The notes under the pieces were generated by a model. The model was not told the origin of the DNA, made no database searches, and saw only the letters and a program-made list of their open reading frames with translations. Of a stretch of DNA of 64,000 nt, positions 37,752-57,500 are shown one piece after another. Made by a program: the position numbers and the translations under genes. The stretch spans positions 184,348-248,347 of the forward strand of contig RHPI01000249.1 in NCBI GenBank assembly GCA_009103225.1, read 5' to 3'. Within the stretch, counting starts at the first letter, position 1; each line of letters starts with the position of its first letter. This stretch comes from Chlorokybus atmophyticus (taxonomy: Eukaryota; Plantae; Mesostigma and Chlorokybus algae).

Positions 37752-40740
37752 TCAAGGTGTTAGGCGCTTGGGATCACGCGGGAACATGCTTGTTTTCCTA
37801 ATATTGTTCAAACCACAGAATAGCATGACCACGCGCTCGAGCCCTACGCCAGCTCCACCGTGTGGTGGCGCACCATACTTGAAGGCATCAATGTAGGCTG
37901 AGATCGTTTCAACCTGTCAAGCGCACACGGGTCATGTGCCTGAGCCTGATAACAGGCCTCGCAGAAGATGACACATGCGAGTCAACACAAGGGAAGCAGT
38001 AAGGGTAAACCGCCATCCATACCTCAATCCCGCACTCGGTAGCCCTTCGCGCAAGCAATTCTGCGTCATGGACACGCTGCGCTCCAGATATGATCTCCTC
38101 CCCTCGGATAAATATGTCGAAAGAGTTGCTGTATCGTGTGTCATCTGGACACATCATGGTGTAGAAAGGTCGCACCGCTGAGGGATACCTGGAACAATGG
38201 ATGTGTAACAACTTCTGGGAGATGCAAAAACATTTACAACAATGACTGCTGACTTATGATGGCTTACCGATACAACATGTAAAAGTCAGTATTGTACTTC
38301 TCCTTGACAAGCTTGCCAAGCGTTCGCTCCACTTCTGTTGACAGGTCCCCGAAGGGATCAACTTCCACGCCAGCTTCCTTCAGCATCTGAACACCCTCTT
38401 CGAAGGACAACCTTAGTGTAGGTCTCAAGTATTGGAGGGGCTCACACGGGTACTGTTCGTTGATGACGGACAACTCCTTTGCAAACCTGTGTAAGTTCAG
38501 CATTGCACCTTTTATTTTTGAGGCAAGGTCTTAATCATTGCAAGCCAGACGATGGGGACATATGCCACTGTAACATCACCTTTCATTGAGACCATCAAAC
38601 ATAGTCACAAACAACCGGTCCAAAACGTCTAGGACCTGTGCACATTGTTCAGAAACAACCTTAGCTGTCGCAGCGACACGCAGCATGAGCACTCCGTACC
38701 ATTCATGAGTTTACAATACCTCAAAGTAATGTTCATGAATGGTCATCTCCAAGTCGAGGCCTACGAACTCACACAAATGGCGATGTGTAAACGAATTCTC
38801 AGCTCGAAACACCTGCAGATTGAAGCCCCTTGTCATAAGACTGTGAGGGCATTTTGTTTGCACTGATGCTGTGTGCTCGTAAACTATTTTACCGGACCAA
38901 TTTCGAAGACTCGGGAAAAGTCTGCACAGATAGCCATCTGCTTGTATAGCTGCGGTGACTGTGCTAGGCAGCCCGGGCGACCCATATAGTTCACCTTGAA
39001 CACCGCAGCACCTCCCTGTTGCAAAGGCAACCATACAAAATATGTGAACACATACTGCATGTCACAGGCGCCAGGAAAGTCAATGTTCGGGTAGAAGACT
39101 ACAAAGCTTGCATAGACTCACGCAACTGCAAGCTATACTTACCTCGCTGGCACCAGCGATAAGCTTGGGAGTGTGAATCTCGATGAAGTTCTGGTCTAGC
39201 ATGCTTTGTCTAAAGAGCTGCAGAACATTTCAGGGAGTTAACAGTCAACTCCATTGACCAAGTATCTACTATACATGACATACTGCTAAAGCATGCCAAG
39301 CAGCCATATACCTGGCAGACAGCAGATTGCAGCCGAAAGATGGCCTGATTGGCTGGGGTTCGCAAATCGATGACCCTATTATCTAACCGGACATCTTGTA
39401 GCACCCTTACGAGTTGGACACCTTCGGCCTTGATACGTGAAAACAGCATCAGCAGCACGAAACTGACGCCGGTCAGATTTGCTCTCAACCAGGCAGCCTC
39501 CATACCTCAGCTTTCTGGTATGCGGGCTCGGAGCGACTGGCGTCTTCAAGCTGGAATGGCAAAACGGGTGCTGCTCGGCTTATGCAGAACAACTTTTGCA
39601 CATGAATCTCGACCTGGAGTACAACATCAGTTTAGCGACTGGCGTCTTCAAGCTAAATGGGCAAAACGGGTGCTGCACGGCTTATGCTGAGCAACTACTA
39701 AACGCGAATCTTGACCTGGAGTAGTCTAATACGACAGGTCCAGGCTCGTGGGCTAAGCACAACCACAGGGACAAGCAATCTGCCTCACCTGCTGGGTTGT
39801 GGACTCGATGGGCTGCGAGGGCACTGAGATGGTGCCTTCAATATCGACAAGGCTCTCCTTAGTCACATTGGACGCGTACTTTACCATCCCCTGCAATTAC
39901 AGCAAACAGAACTGTCCAACCGCCGCAAGTCTATGTGCAACAGGTGGTCACTTGCAGCACAACAAGCTGCAAGCATTTACCTTGGACACAACCTCCCCAG
40001 CAAACAGAACGCACTGCACAGTTGCGTGCTGGCTGCGAAGCACCAGAAAGGCGGACTTGCCTTTGCCGCGCACAGTATGCACCCGTCCTCTAACCTGCAC
40101 AGCATCGCCGTGAGTTCACATCGTGCCATTCCATGCAACTTCCTTTAATGCAACTCTCGTGTTGCCGATTGCACTTGCATTGCACTGCTTCAATTGGTGG
40201 AATAAAAGCTGTATTTTAGCATGTTTGTTGTGCAGTGAACTGGGAGCTTACCAAAACTGTCTTGTTCTCGTACGATTTGTCTAGAGCTGCAACATCCTCC
40301 CAATGCCGCTGTGTAACCTCACTGCTCTGAACGAGAGGCACATCGCCATATCTGCCGCACCACACACAAGCCATCAGCACAAGCACCGTACCAACTCACG
40401 AGTAGCACCAGCATGTTGATTGCCACATGTAACCTTCAAACCGCAAGGATGGAACACAGCATTGCGTTCAACCGCCAACATGTGTGAGCTGATGAGGAAG
40501 TTTGCCAGCATGCATGCAACAATGCAATAAGTATTACCTGTCCTTGGCGAAGTCGTCTTCCTCTGAGGACTTCTCCTTCGCCGCAGCTGCAGCAGCACGA
40601 GCAGCCAGCCGCTCGGCCTTCTTATCAACCTTCTTACTGCCGCCTCCCTTCTTCTCGTCACCGTCCTCAGCCTTGTTCACTGTTGTGGCTGCAGCAGCAG
40701 CACCCTCCAGGTGCATGGCTTCCAGCTGCTGCTCCGCCAT
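37752..40740 (-). CDS. aspRS: Aspartyl-tRNA synthetase, cytosolic type
   Basis: Lys-rich N-terminal extension; [20 protein letters not shown]; [21 protein letters not shown]; motif 2 [22 protein letters not shown]; [20 protein letters not shown]; motif 3 [19 protein letters not shown]...[10 protein letters not shown]. Confidence 0.97.
39532..39723 (-). repeat. Tandem ~90-bp duplication (period 102 bp) of an AspRS exon and its splice acceptor; the copy at 39634-39723 is degenerate
   Basis: AGCGACTGGCGTCTTCAAGCT...GACCTGGAGTA occurs at 39532-39621 and 39634-39723. Confidence 0.92.
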
Positions 40741-41269
40741 GGCTCCTCCACGTGGAACACCCCGCCGCCGCCGCCGCCTATCTTACCAGCGCCACCGCTG
40801 CTTTGCAACGTTAAGCCACTGAATGCACTCACCTTAACAAGCTTAACGCTCTAACGCAAGCCCTAATTTCCTCCTGCATTTTGCATTCTGTTTTTTATTC
40901 CACCAATTGTTTCAGCCTGTCAGCTGAGCCTGCTTCCCCGGCAGCCACGTACGCCCTGTGGTCATGCTCGATTGTTGCATGTGACTGTCACGGTCAGGGT
41001 ATCAACTGATAACTAACGTATTACAGAGACAGCTACCTAGGTACTGTTATGACACAATAGCTGACTGAGCAGACCACACTTCGGCTGGTTCAGTTAAGGC
41101 TGATACATGCGTTATGCAACTGGTTACAGTGTTCGTTCTTGTTGCACGGTAGGAATCCTGCGTTCATACAGTGAATGGGTCGTTCGTTGTGAAGGCTGTG
41201 ACGTGGACACTGGGCGTGTGGCGGGCGGACGGGCGGCGGTGGCGGCAGCGGCGGCGGCGGCGGTGGCTG

Positions 41270-50115
<8,846 letters not shown>

Positions 50116-51185
50116 CACATTCCCCGGTTGTAGTTAGTCCAGGATTAGCCATTGCTAGCTGCCACTATTGTAACAGTTGTTGCCTGTGTTGGCACGTGTG
50201 GCCTCCAACGGTTGTTGTCAATATTCTTGGTAACCAGACTCGCTCCCTTGCATTCAATGGCGCTGTGTGGTGTTTCAGGGGATCATTAACTGCATAATGC
50301 CTACTGGTCCGTGCACCTCATTAGTTGATAGCCAGGTGATTGGGCTGATAGTCAGACCATGTACATATGCCTTGACAGAAATGATTCGGTTGCGTAAACC
50401 TGGGACCGTCGGAATAAATCACAAGTCACGTGATCAATCACATCACATGCAACTGACCATGTCCGGCTGTGCACATAGCTGCATGTGATGATTATGCACA
50501 GATTGAGAATATGCATCTGTGCATGTGTACAGGGTCAGCCAATCAATTGGCGATTATATCCCAGCTGATACGTAGTCAGTTGTGCGGATTATAAGCAACC
50601 TAACTCACCCCAAGTTGCACAAACCGGTTGGCTCCTGCACTAGCAAGAGCCTCTTTCTAACTAGCAAGCACTAGCAAACATATGGCGCTTGACTGCAAAC
50701 GCGGATACCCATGCAACCAGTAGCGTCCACCAATGTGTAGCAGCCACATGGACGCAGATGCAAACCAAGTTTCCACCAGCCTCATGACTTGAACACCCAC
50801 GCAACGACCCAGCACAACTAACAATGACAACCTACACATGTGGTTACATATCGTTCTTGCCCCGCGGTCACTGCATATGTGTTGTGTTGGTGTTCATGCC
50901 ACTAGCTGCTTGACCTCCGCAGCACAGACACATGCGTGCACAAGCAGCAATATGTGAGTTCTGATGTAAGTTGTGTGCATGCACACACTCTGAAGCAGCC
51001 GCAAGCACCAATTGCACCGTCATTTTGGTTACAATGTTGGGCCGCAGCCACTTTCATACACAATACTTGACACTATACAGCTACAGGCTCACTGAGTACT
51101 CAGCGCTACCTGCTCCGCACACACGACGCACTGGCCAGCACTTCATGTGCACACAACCCACAACACAACACTGATCCATTTTGCA

Positions 51186-53260
51186 TCAGCTGCTGCGGAA
51201 CACCACAGACCATGCGCAGCGCACCGCAGCCTGCTGCTGCACTTCATTGAATGACACTTCCATTCTCTTTATGGCACCGAGAGCTCGTTCCCTTTCAAGC
51301 TGCATAACTTTCATCTGGCACAAGAGAAGCACACATACACACATATTGTCATCTTGGTGATCATGTGGGTTTGTTGCACACATTGGTGACCTGTGGTCAG
51401 AATGATGTGCGTACCACATTTTGCTGGCCAAAGGTGTCTAGTATGGTTTGGGTTTTGAGCAGAAGAGGCGGGTGGCCGCATCCCATGCTTGCCACGCGCG
51501 ATGAACCCGGCCCAAACACCTCGTCAAACACGTCCGCCGACATCGGACAGATGACGGAAAACTCCGTCTCATTGTCAGCGTGTCCCTGAGAATGAGAAAA
51601 TTACTGTGTTAGCTCGCGCACATGCGCATGTATGTGTGTGTGAGCATATGGTGGGACCACATGAGTGTGGGCAAGCGCACGCGTGTGTGCGCTTGCCCAC
51701 ACTCATGTGGTCCCATCGTCTATATCTACATGTTTACAAGACCGCGCAAGCTTGTACTCATGAATATGCATGCATGTGCGGATGGCAAGTGCATGCTATG
51801 TCATATCAAGTGTTGCTATGCAGTATGCTACCTGCATGCTCGCTTGCAGCTGCTGGCTGATGCTGTGCACAGCCTGTTGGGCTGTGCCATCGGTTGGGGT
51901 CGCATACACGGTCGTCGCATGCCTCGCGTTGGGTGAAAACTGCACAGGTGTCGCTGGACCTGTGCGTTGGTGTTCACATTGCATGGTGAGAATACACCCA
52001 TTTTCAAGGCATGATGTGGTACTGCAATCTCAACTGAATTTGGCAGTGTGGGACACATGCATGCATTGATTTTAGGATGCACTACCTGCAGTGTCCTGTT
52101 TGTCATTGTTGTTGTCGTTGTTGTTGTGTCTGCTCTCCCCGCCGGTCACTCTCACAACTTCCACCACCACTTCTTCACCAGAGTCAGCATCGTCGGATTC
52201 GCTGGCCCTGCTGTGCAACTCCTCAATCTTGCGCTGAGCCTGATGTTAATGTATAAGACATTGTATAGTCGGCTACAACGTGACTGATGACAAGAGGAAG
52301 AGACGTACACATACACACGTTGGCCCGAAAAAAGACACGACAAGCACCTGAGCCAATTGCGCGGCAAGCGCCTTGTTGGCCAACCGAAGTCGGGCGAGTT
52401 CCTCAAAGTGTTCACAAGTGGCTTCTGCATACACACAAGAGGCATCAGCATACACACAACACACATTACACACAATGCGCACCATGTGTCACACTGGTAG
52501 TGGCAAATCAAGTGGCACAAGGTCCAGCAGCAGTTTAAACACCTTGGCAGTGTGGTGGAGTGGCTTGGGGAGAGAAACGGCTGGGCTTCAGCACACCGCC
52601 ATTGTTGGAAGCAAGGCTGCCGGCACGGCCAGGTGAAGGCATCCCTGCTTGCTTCACTGCATAACCATCAGGCCATCAATGAGTCAACCGCTCACTGGAT
52701 CAAGAAAACATGTGAAGGTGGCAACCAATCAACCCTTCCATCCTATTGGTCACTCAACGGACCAGTCAGCCAGTCAGTCGACCCATCTGCCAGTGAAGGC
52801 ATCACGTGATATGGATCGATCAATGATGTCTCAGTTGAAGTGTGACAGCTGGCAAGCAGGTTGCCAGCTGGCGTAGCAATGGGCGTGTGCGGGTGTGTGC
52901 ATTTGAGCTGAAGTGAGTCGATCTCAAGCACATTGAACTACACATGTAGTGGCAGCTGCGAGCCAGGCGCCTTGAAGGCTTGAATGACAGAGGACTGAGG
53001 TTAGCTTCATGCACGCACGCAATGTATGAAAACTACCTGCATGACATGGCAAGCTTGCATGACAAGTACTAAGGCCGCCGGCTGCACGCACCGCACGGTC
53101 AATTGCGCTACAAAGCCTTCGCAGAGAGCCTATACCCGTGCAGCACTGCACTCCTTGTCCTTATGCAGGAACTCCTGCGCTACCTCCGCCTCCTCCGCCT
53201 CCTCTTGTGCCTCCTCCTCCGCCGCCGCTGCCGCCGCCAAGCAATTTGTCAGGAAAACTG
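51186..53260 (-). CDS. Putative multi-exon coiled-coil/low-complexity protein of unknown function (ends unresolved)
   Basis: Minus-strand exon-like blocks with splice-site-like ends: AAAAAAEEEAQEEAEEAEVAQEFL; HFEELARLRLANKALAAQLAQ; AQRKIEELHSRASESDD; KVMQLERERALGAIKRMEVSFNEVQQQ. No family recognised. Confidence 0.45.
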
Positions 53261-54924
53261 ACAGAATTGATCAGGTATGCTAACGTTAGGCTAAGTAGTC
53301 GCAATGTCATCTAGCTCACGTGTAATGCTCACAAGCTGAGCTGTAGGCTGTGGACGCTGTTCGACTAACGTTAGGCGTAGAGTTGAATCTCGCACGTGTG
53401 ACCGACAATAGGAAAAGCGGTTTTCTTTGTATTTTCTTCTTGATTCATTTGCAAAAAACAAATGACACAGACTGCAATGCATGGCGTTGTGCAGCTGAGG
53501 TGGCCGACGTTTCAAGCGTCACACTTGGGCTTGCTTATGCATTTCACAAATACATTTTACGCTACGATATGATGCAGTTACCACTCGCTATTCCGTGGAC
53601 TCACCGATTCTCGAAGTAGCACCCGGAGTTGGTAACTCACTTTTGCAGTTTTGCGGGTTTAAATGGCGGGTGAACTGATGAAATTGAGAACAATGAGCAT
53701 GCGTCACAATTTGCGGTTTTAGAGGAAACTGCAGTTTGAGTGTGAGAACTGCTTTTTGCCTTCCGAAAGCGCGTGCTGTAACAGCTTTGCTGTTGCACAC
53801 GCGTCGTCGTGGTAGGGACGCTCTTGATGTGCTGCCCAATAAGGCAAGTTTTTGACCTTCCCATGCCCAAGCAAGCGTCACATCAAGCGACTCTTGGTGT
53901 GGGAATGTGGCGGCGTGACATGAGTGAGAGTCATGCAGGAGTGTAAGTGAGGTTTTGTGTGTACGTTGTTCAATCTTTGATCGTTTATATCTGAATGATG
54001 AAGCATGGTTTTTACATCACATGTGTTTTGTACATACACGAGCCGCTCGTGTGTATGATAAAACTAGTAGTGCGGCTGTTTGGTCGGGCCGGCCGGCCTG
54101 CCGGCAGGCCGGCAGGCCGGCATGAGGTCCTACATTGAGGGCCGTGATGGGGCATGAGTGGCACCCGCGACTGTCAGACAGCCACTCGCGATTGCCGGGC
54201 TGCGCAGTAAGCGCTGCCTCTGATTGGCTAGGCGGCGACTATTAGCCCAAAGCCGTTGGATGTACACACTTTCAACCATCACCGTGGCCATCACATACGG
54301 CACCCGCGACTGCCGGGCTGCGCAGTATGCGTGGCTCTCATTGGCTAGGCGGCTACTGTCAGCTATTAGCCGTTGGATCTATCATAACAGATCTCGCCCG
54401 TCCGTAGCACATCCCCACGTCGTGCATCCCCACGTCATGCAACTGCTCAAAGTATATGCGAAGTACTATTCAAAATGAGCACAACAAGTTCCACATATAG
54501 CGGCATATAATGTCAGATGGTTTATACGGCATGGGTATGTAACACACTTATTCAGGTAGTACATTGAATAATAACCGTTTTACCACGTTACTTACAGCGG
54601 TTCACAGTGCATAACGCAGAGGTTACGATCAGCAAAATAATGCTAACCATAAACACCTGAACAACATTAAACTCAATAGGAAATAGCGCCGTTGGACCAC
54701 CGTTCGGTAGTATAAACTATACAGCAAATGGTGAATAGTGTCATGCCATCTACCCTCGCATGCCAGTCCTTCTCGAGCATGCCTACACCCAGCCCCACGC
54801 CCGGGCTACCAGCATGAAGACCGCGCGAGCCCCAGCCTACTGCTAGCTACTGTACCGCTCATGTAGCATGTAGCTAGGGCTACTTTATAGACCTGTCTGT
54901 AGGGACCGCGCGTAGCTGATCAGT

Positions 54925-55405
54925 TGTAAGTCTGTTGATAACACATGTGCTATATCGAGTCTTAGGAGATTTCCGAAATAGCATGAGGCCTCGATGTGAC
55001 CGTTGGCCTAGTGCCCGCGTGGCACTGCACAGTCATGATTTGACATGTATAAGTAGGAAGTCACGTCACCAGACTGGCTGGTGACACTGTAAGTGAGTAC
55101 TGTGAGTACTAGGATTACTAAGAAGTAAAGACTCTGTTTCTAAAGAGCTTGTGAAGCGACTTGAACTGGAAGCACGCTGCCCCGGTTGCCAAGAATTCCC
55201 TTAATGCGTGAGACACGGTGCATGCTCTTGTGCGCTGTGCCTGTCATTGCTGTGAGCTTGACGGTGGTGTGTTGTTTCAGTAGTCAGGGTGTTGTATCCA
55301 CGTGTTGCACACTCATTCACCTCATTTAACAGTGTATCATTCTATCCACTCATGCAAAGAACTGTGTCCACAGCACTACCTATCGTAGTGGCTTGTTGAC
55401 TTACA
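54925..55405 (+). repeat. Candidate 5' LTR (481 bp)
   Basis: Begins TGTAAGTC (54925-54932) and ends GACTTACA (55398-55405), a perfect 8-bp terminal inverted repeat with TG...CA ends. TATA-like TATAAG at 55048-55053. It cannot be confirmed without the 3' LTR. Confidence 0.65.
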
Positions 55406-55602
55406 GTGTCACCCTCTTTGCACAAGTGAGTGTGTTGCAATCTGCATCAGATAGTGCAGTCTGCACCCAGGGATAGATTGCTGGGCATTCGTTATCATTG
55501 TCATCACATAGTGCGCACAAGCACTAGTGTGTTGGGTGGTAATCGCATCACGATAGACGGTAGAGCACAAGCACTCTACCCTTTCACCTCTGGACCAGCT
55601 GT

Positions 55603-57500
55603 ATGAGCAGGCCCACCCCGATCTCCCCAATAGACGAGAGTGACCTCAGCAGTTGGAGCCCAACCACCAACCTCACCTACGAGCGGACCAGTGACGGGAG
55701 CATCGACCGCAGCAGCAGAGGCTCGCGCTCCATCTCCAGCTTCACCCCGCTCCACTCTACTCCTCGTCATCAAGCTTCTCCACTATCATCGGACAGCGAC
55801 GACAACGAGATGGAGTCTTCCAGTTCAACCACATCCCTGCGCTTCTCCGGACGTGCCGGCACCACCTCGCTGGATGAGTTCATCATCAAGTTCCACTCCA
55901 AGATGCGGCAGCAAGCTCTGAAGAACAAAGACTGGTCAGATGAGATCTCTTTCCACATTGCTGCTTGGTATCTTGATCATGAAGCACACGATGTCTGGAA
56001 GTCCGTTGCTAAACTGCATCGAGTAGACGGCTATGGCGAGCTTGCCAGCACCATAGCATCTGCATCTCTGCACCGTCCAGCAGGTGTCGTTCCACCTGCC
56101 ACTTCAGTTGCAGTAACAGGCTTGTCCATAGCTGCAGCTCTCAAGCAGGCAGAGGAGGAGGAACCAGAGTTGGTACTTGTCAACTTGACCCCTGCAGAAG
56201 TTGAGTCCAAGGAGGCCACACGTCGAGTCCGCATCCTTGACCGTTCTGCCATCATCATTGAGGAACAAAGAGCTGTACAGCAAGCGGCAGCCGCAGAGTG
56301 GGGTACTCCTCTACCTCCAGCAACACCTGGCTCTCGTGTAGGAGGCAGCGCTTTCACCCTCGGGTCAGTAGCACTGCGCGCACCAGCCATCACCGTAAGT
56401 GCCGCCATCTCTGATTCTCCACTCAAGGACCTGTACGCTGCCCTGCGCCGCACCTTCCCTCCTCAGACCACCAGCAAGGTTGAGGAGCTGAGACGCTTCC
56501 GACGCAAGCTCAATGAGGATCCCCTCCGCTTGTACTCCAGACTGGAAGATCTGCTGAAGGACACTGACTACAAGATTGTCAGTGAGGAGGCTGCTGCAGT
56601 GTTATACGTCAATGAGTTGGATGCTGCTCTGAGCGAGTCGACACGCCTGACTCTGAACTACAGCAGGCCCCTTGGCTACACCCTCAAAGAAGCCTTCGAG
56701 ACTGCACAAGCCATCCACAAGCGCTTGGTGTATGAGAAGGCAGTGCTGGACACCAACCGCAGCGCCGCACGGCCTGCAGTCAGCACGACAACTGAGCCTC
56801 CTCGCCGCGACCGTGGCCGGGACGCTCCACCAGCACGCGACAAAGGGAAACGGTCAGCTCATGCTGCACTTGCTGCCCCTGTGCTGTGTCATCGCTGTGG
56901 ACGGCATGGGCACTACCAAAAGGAGTGCACCGAAGAATACTCAACTTTGGTTTGCGACCACTGTCACAAGACTGGTCATTTGAAGTCAGTCTGCTGGCTC
57001 AAGTTCCCAGAGTTGAGGCCCGCCCATAGCTACAACCACAACTACTCCGGTGGCTACAACAGCAACAGCACTGGAGGCCACACTGGCAACAACTTCAGTG
57101 GCTACAACAGCAACAACACTGGAGGCCACACTGGCAACCACTTTAGTGGCTACAATAGCAACAACACTGGAGCCCACAACAGCAACAACGCTGGTGGCAG
57201 TAACAACAACAACAACGCCAGTGTTCGCAAGGAAGAGCAAGGCTACAGGGGGAAGAACAGACCTCCTCAGCGTAAGGGACCAGAGACACGTCCGCGCGCT
57301 GCTGCTGTTGCCGCCAAGGCTTCAGCCAACCCACCAGCTGATGACCATATGGCAGCCCTCATGGCGCGTATGGCACGCTTGGAGGAAGACAAGGAGCAGG
57401 ACTACCGCGCCTGCTACGCTGCCCGATGGGCGCTGATGGCTGCAAAATGCGAGAGAGACAGGAACACTCCGTCCCGTGCAACCATTACGACGAGCACGAG
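55603..57500 (+). CDS. gag: Gag: capsid-like region, two CCHC zinc knuckles and an N/G/S-rich repeat
   Basis: CHRCGRHGHYQKEC (56887-56928) and CDHCHKTGHLKSVC (56953-56994) in ORF 55603..57762. The coding-like frame moves to +1 near 57440-57500. Confidence 0.88.
57050..57177 (+). repeat. 48-bp tandem repeat (about 2.7 copies) in gag encoding (S/G)GYNSN(S/N)TGGHTGN(N/H)F
   Basis: Units start at 57050, 57098 and 57146 (GTGGCTACAAYAGCAACA...). Confidence 0.92.

Noticed and set aside
54538-54924. Alternative LTR start at TGTAAC (54538)
   Set aside because: It gives only a 5-bp terminal inverted match versus 8 bp at 54925. Not excluded until the 3' LTR is seen.
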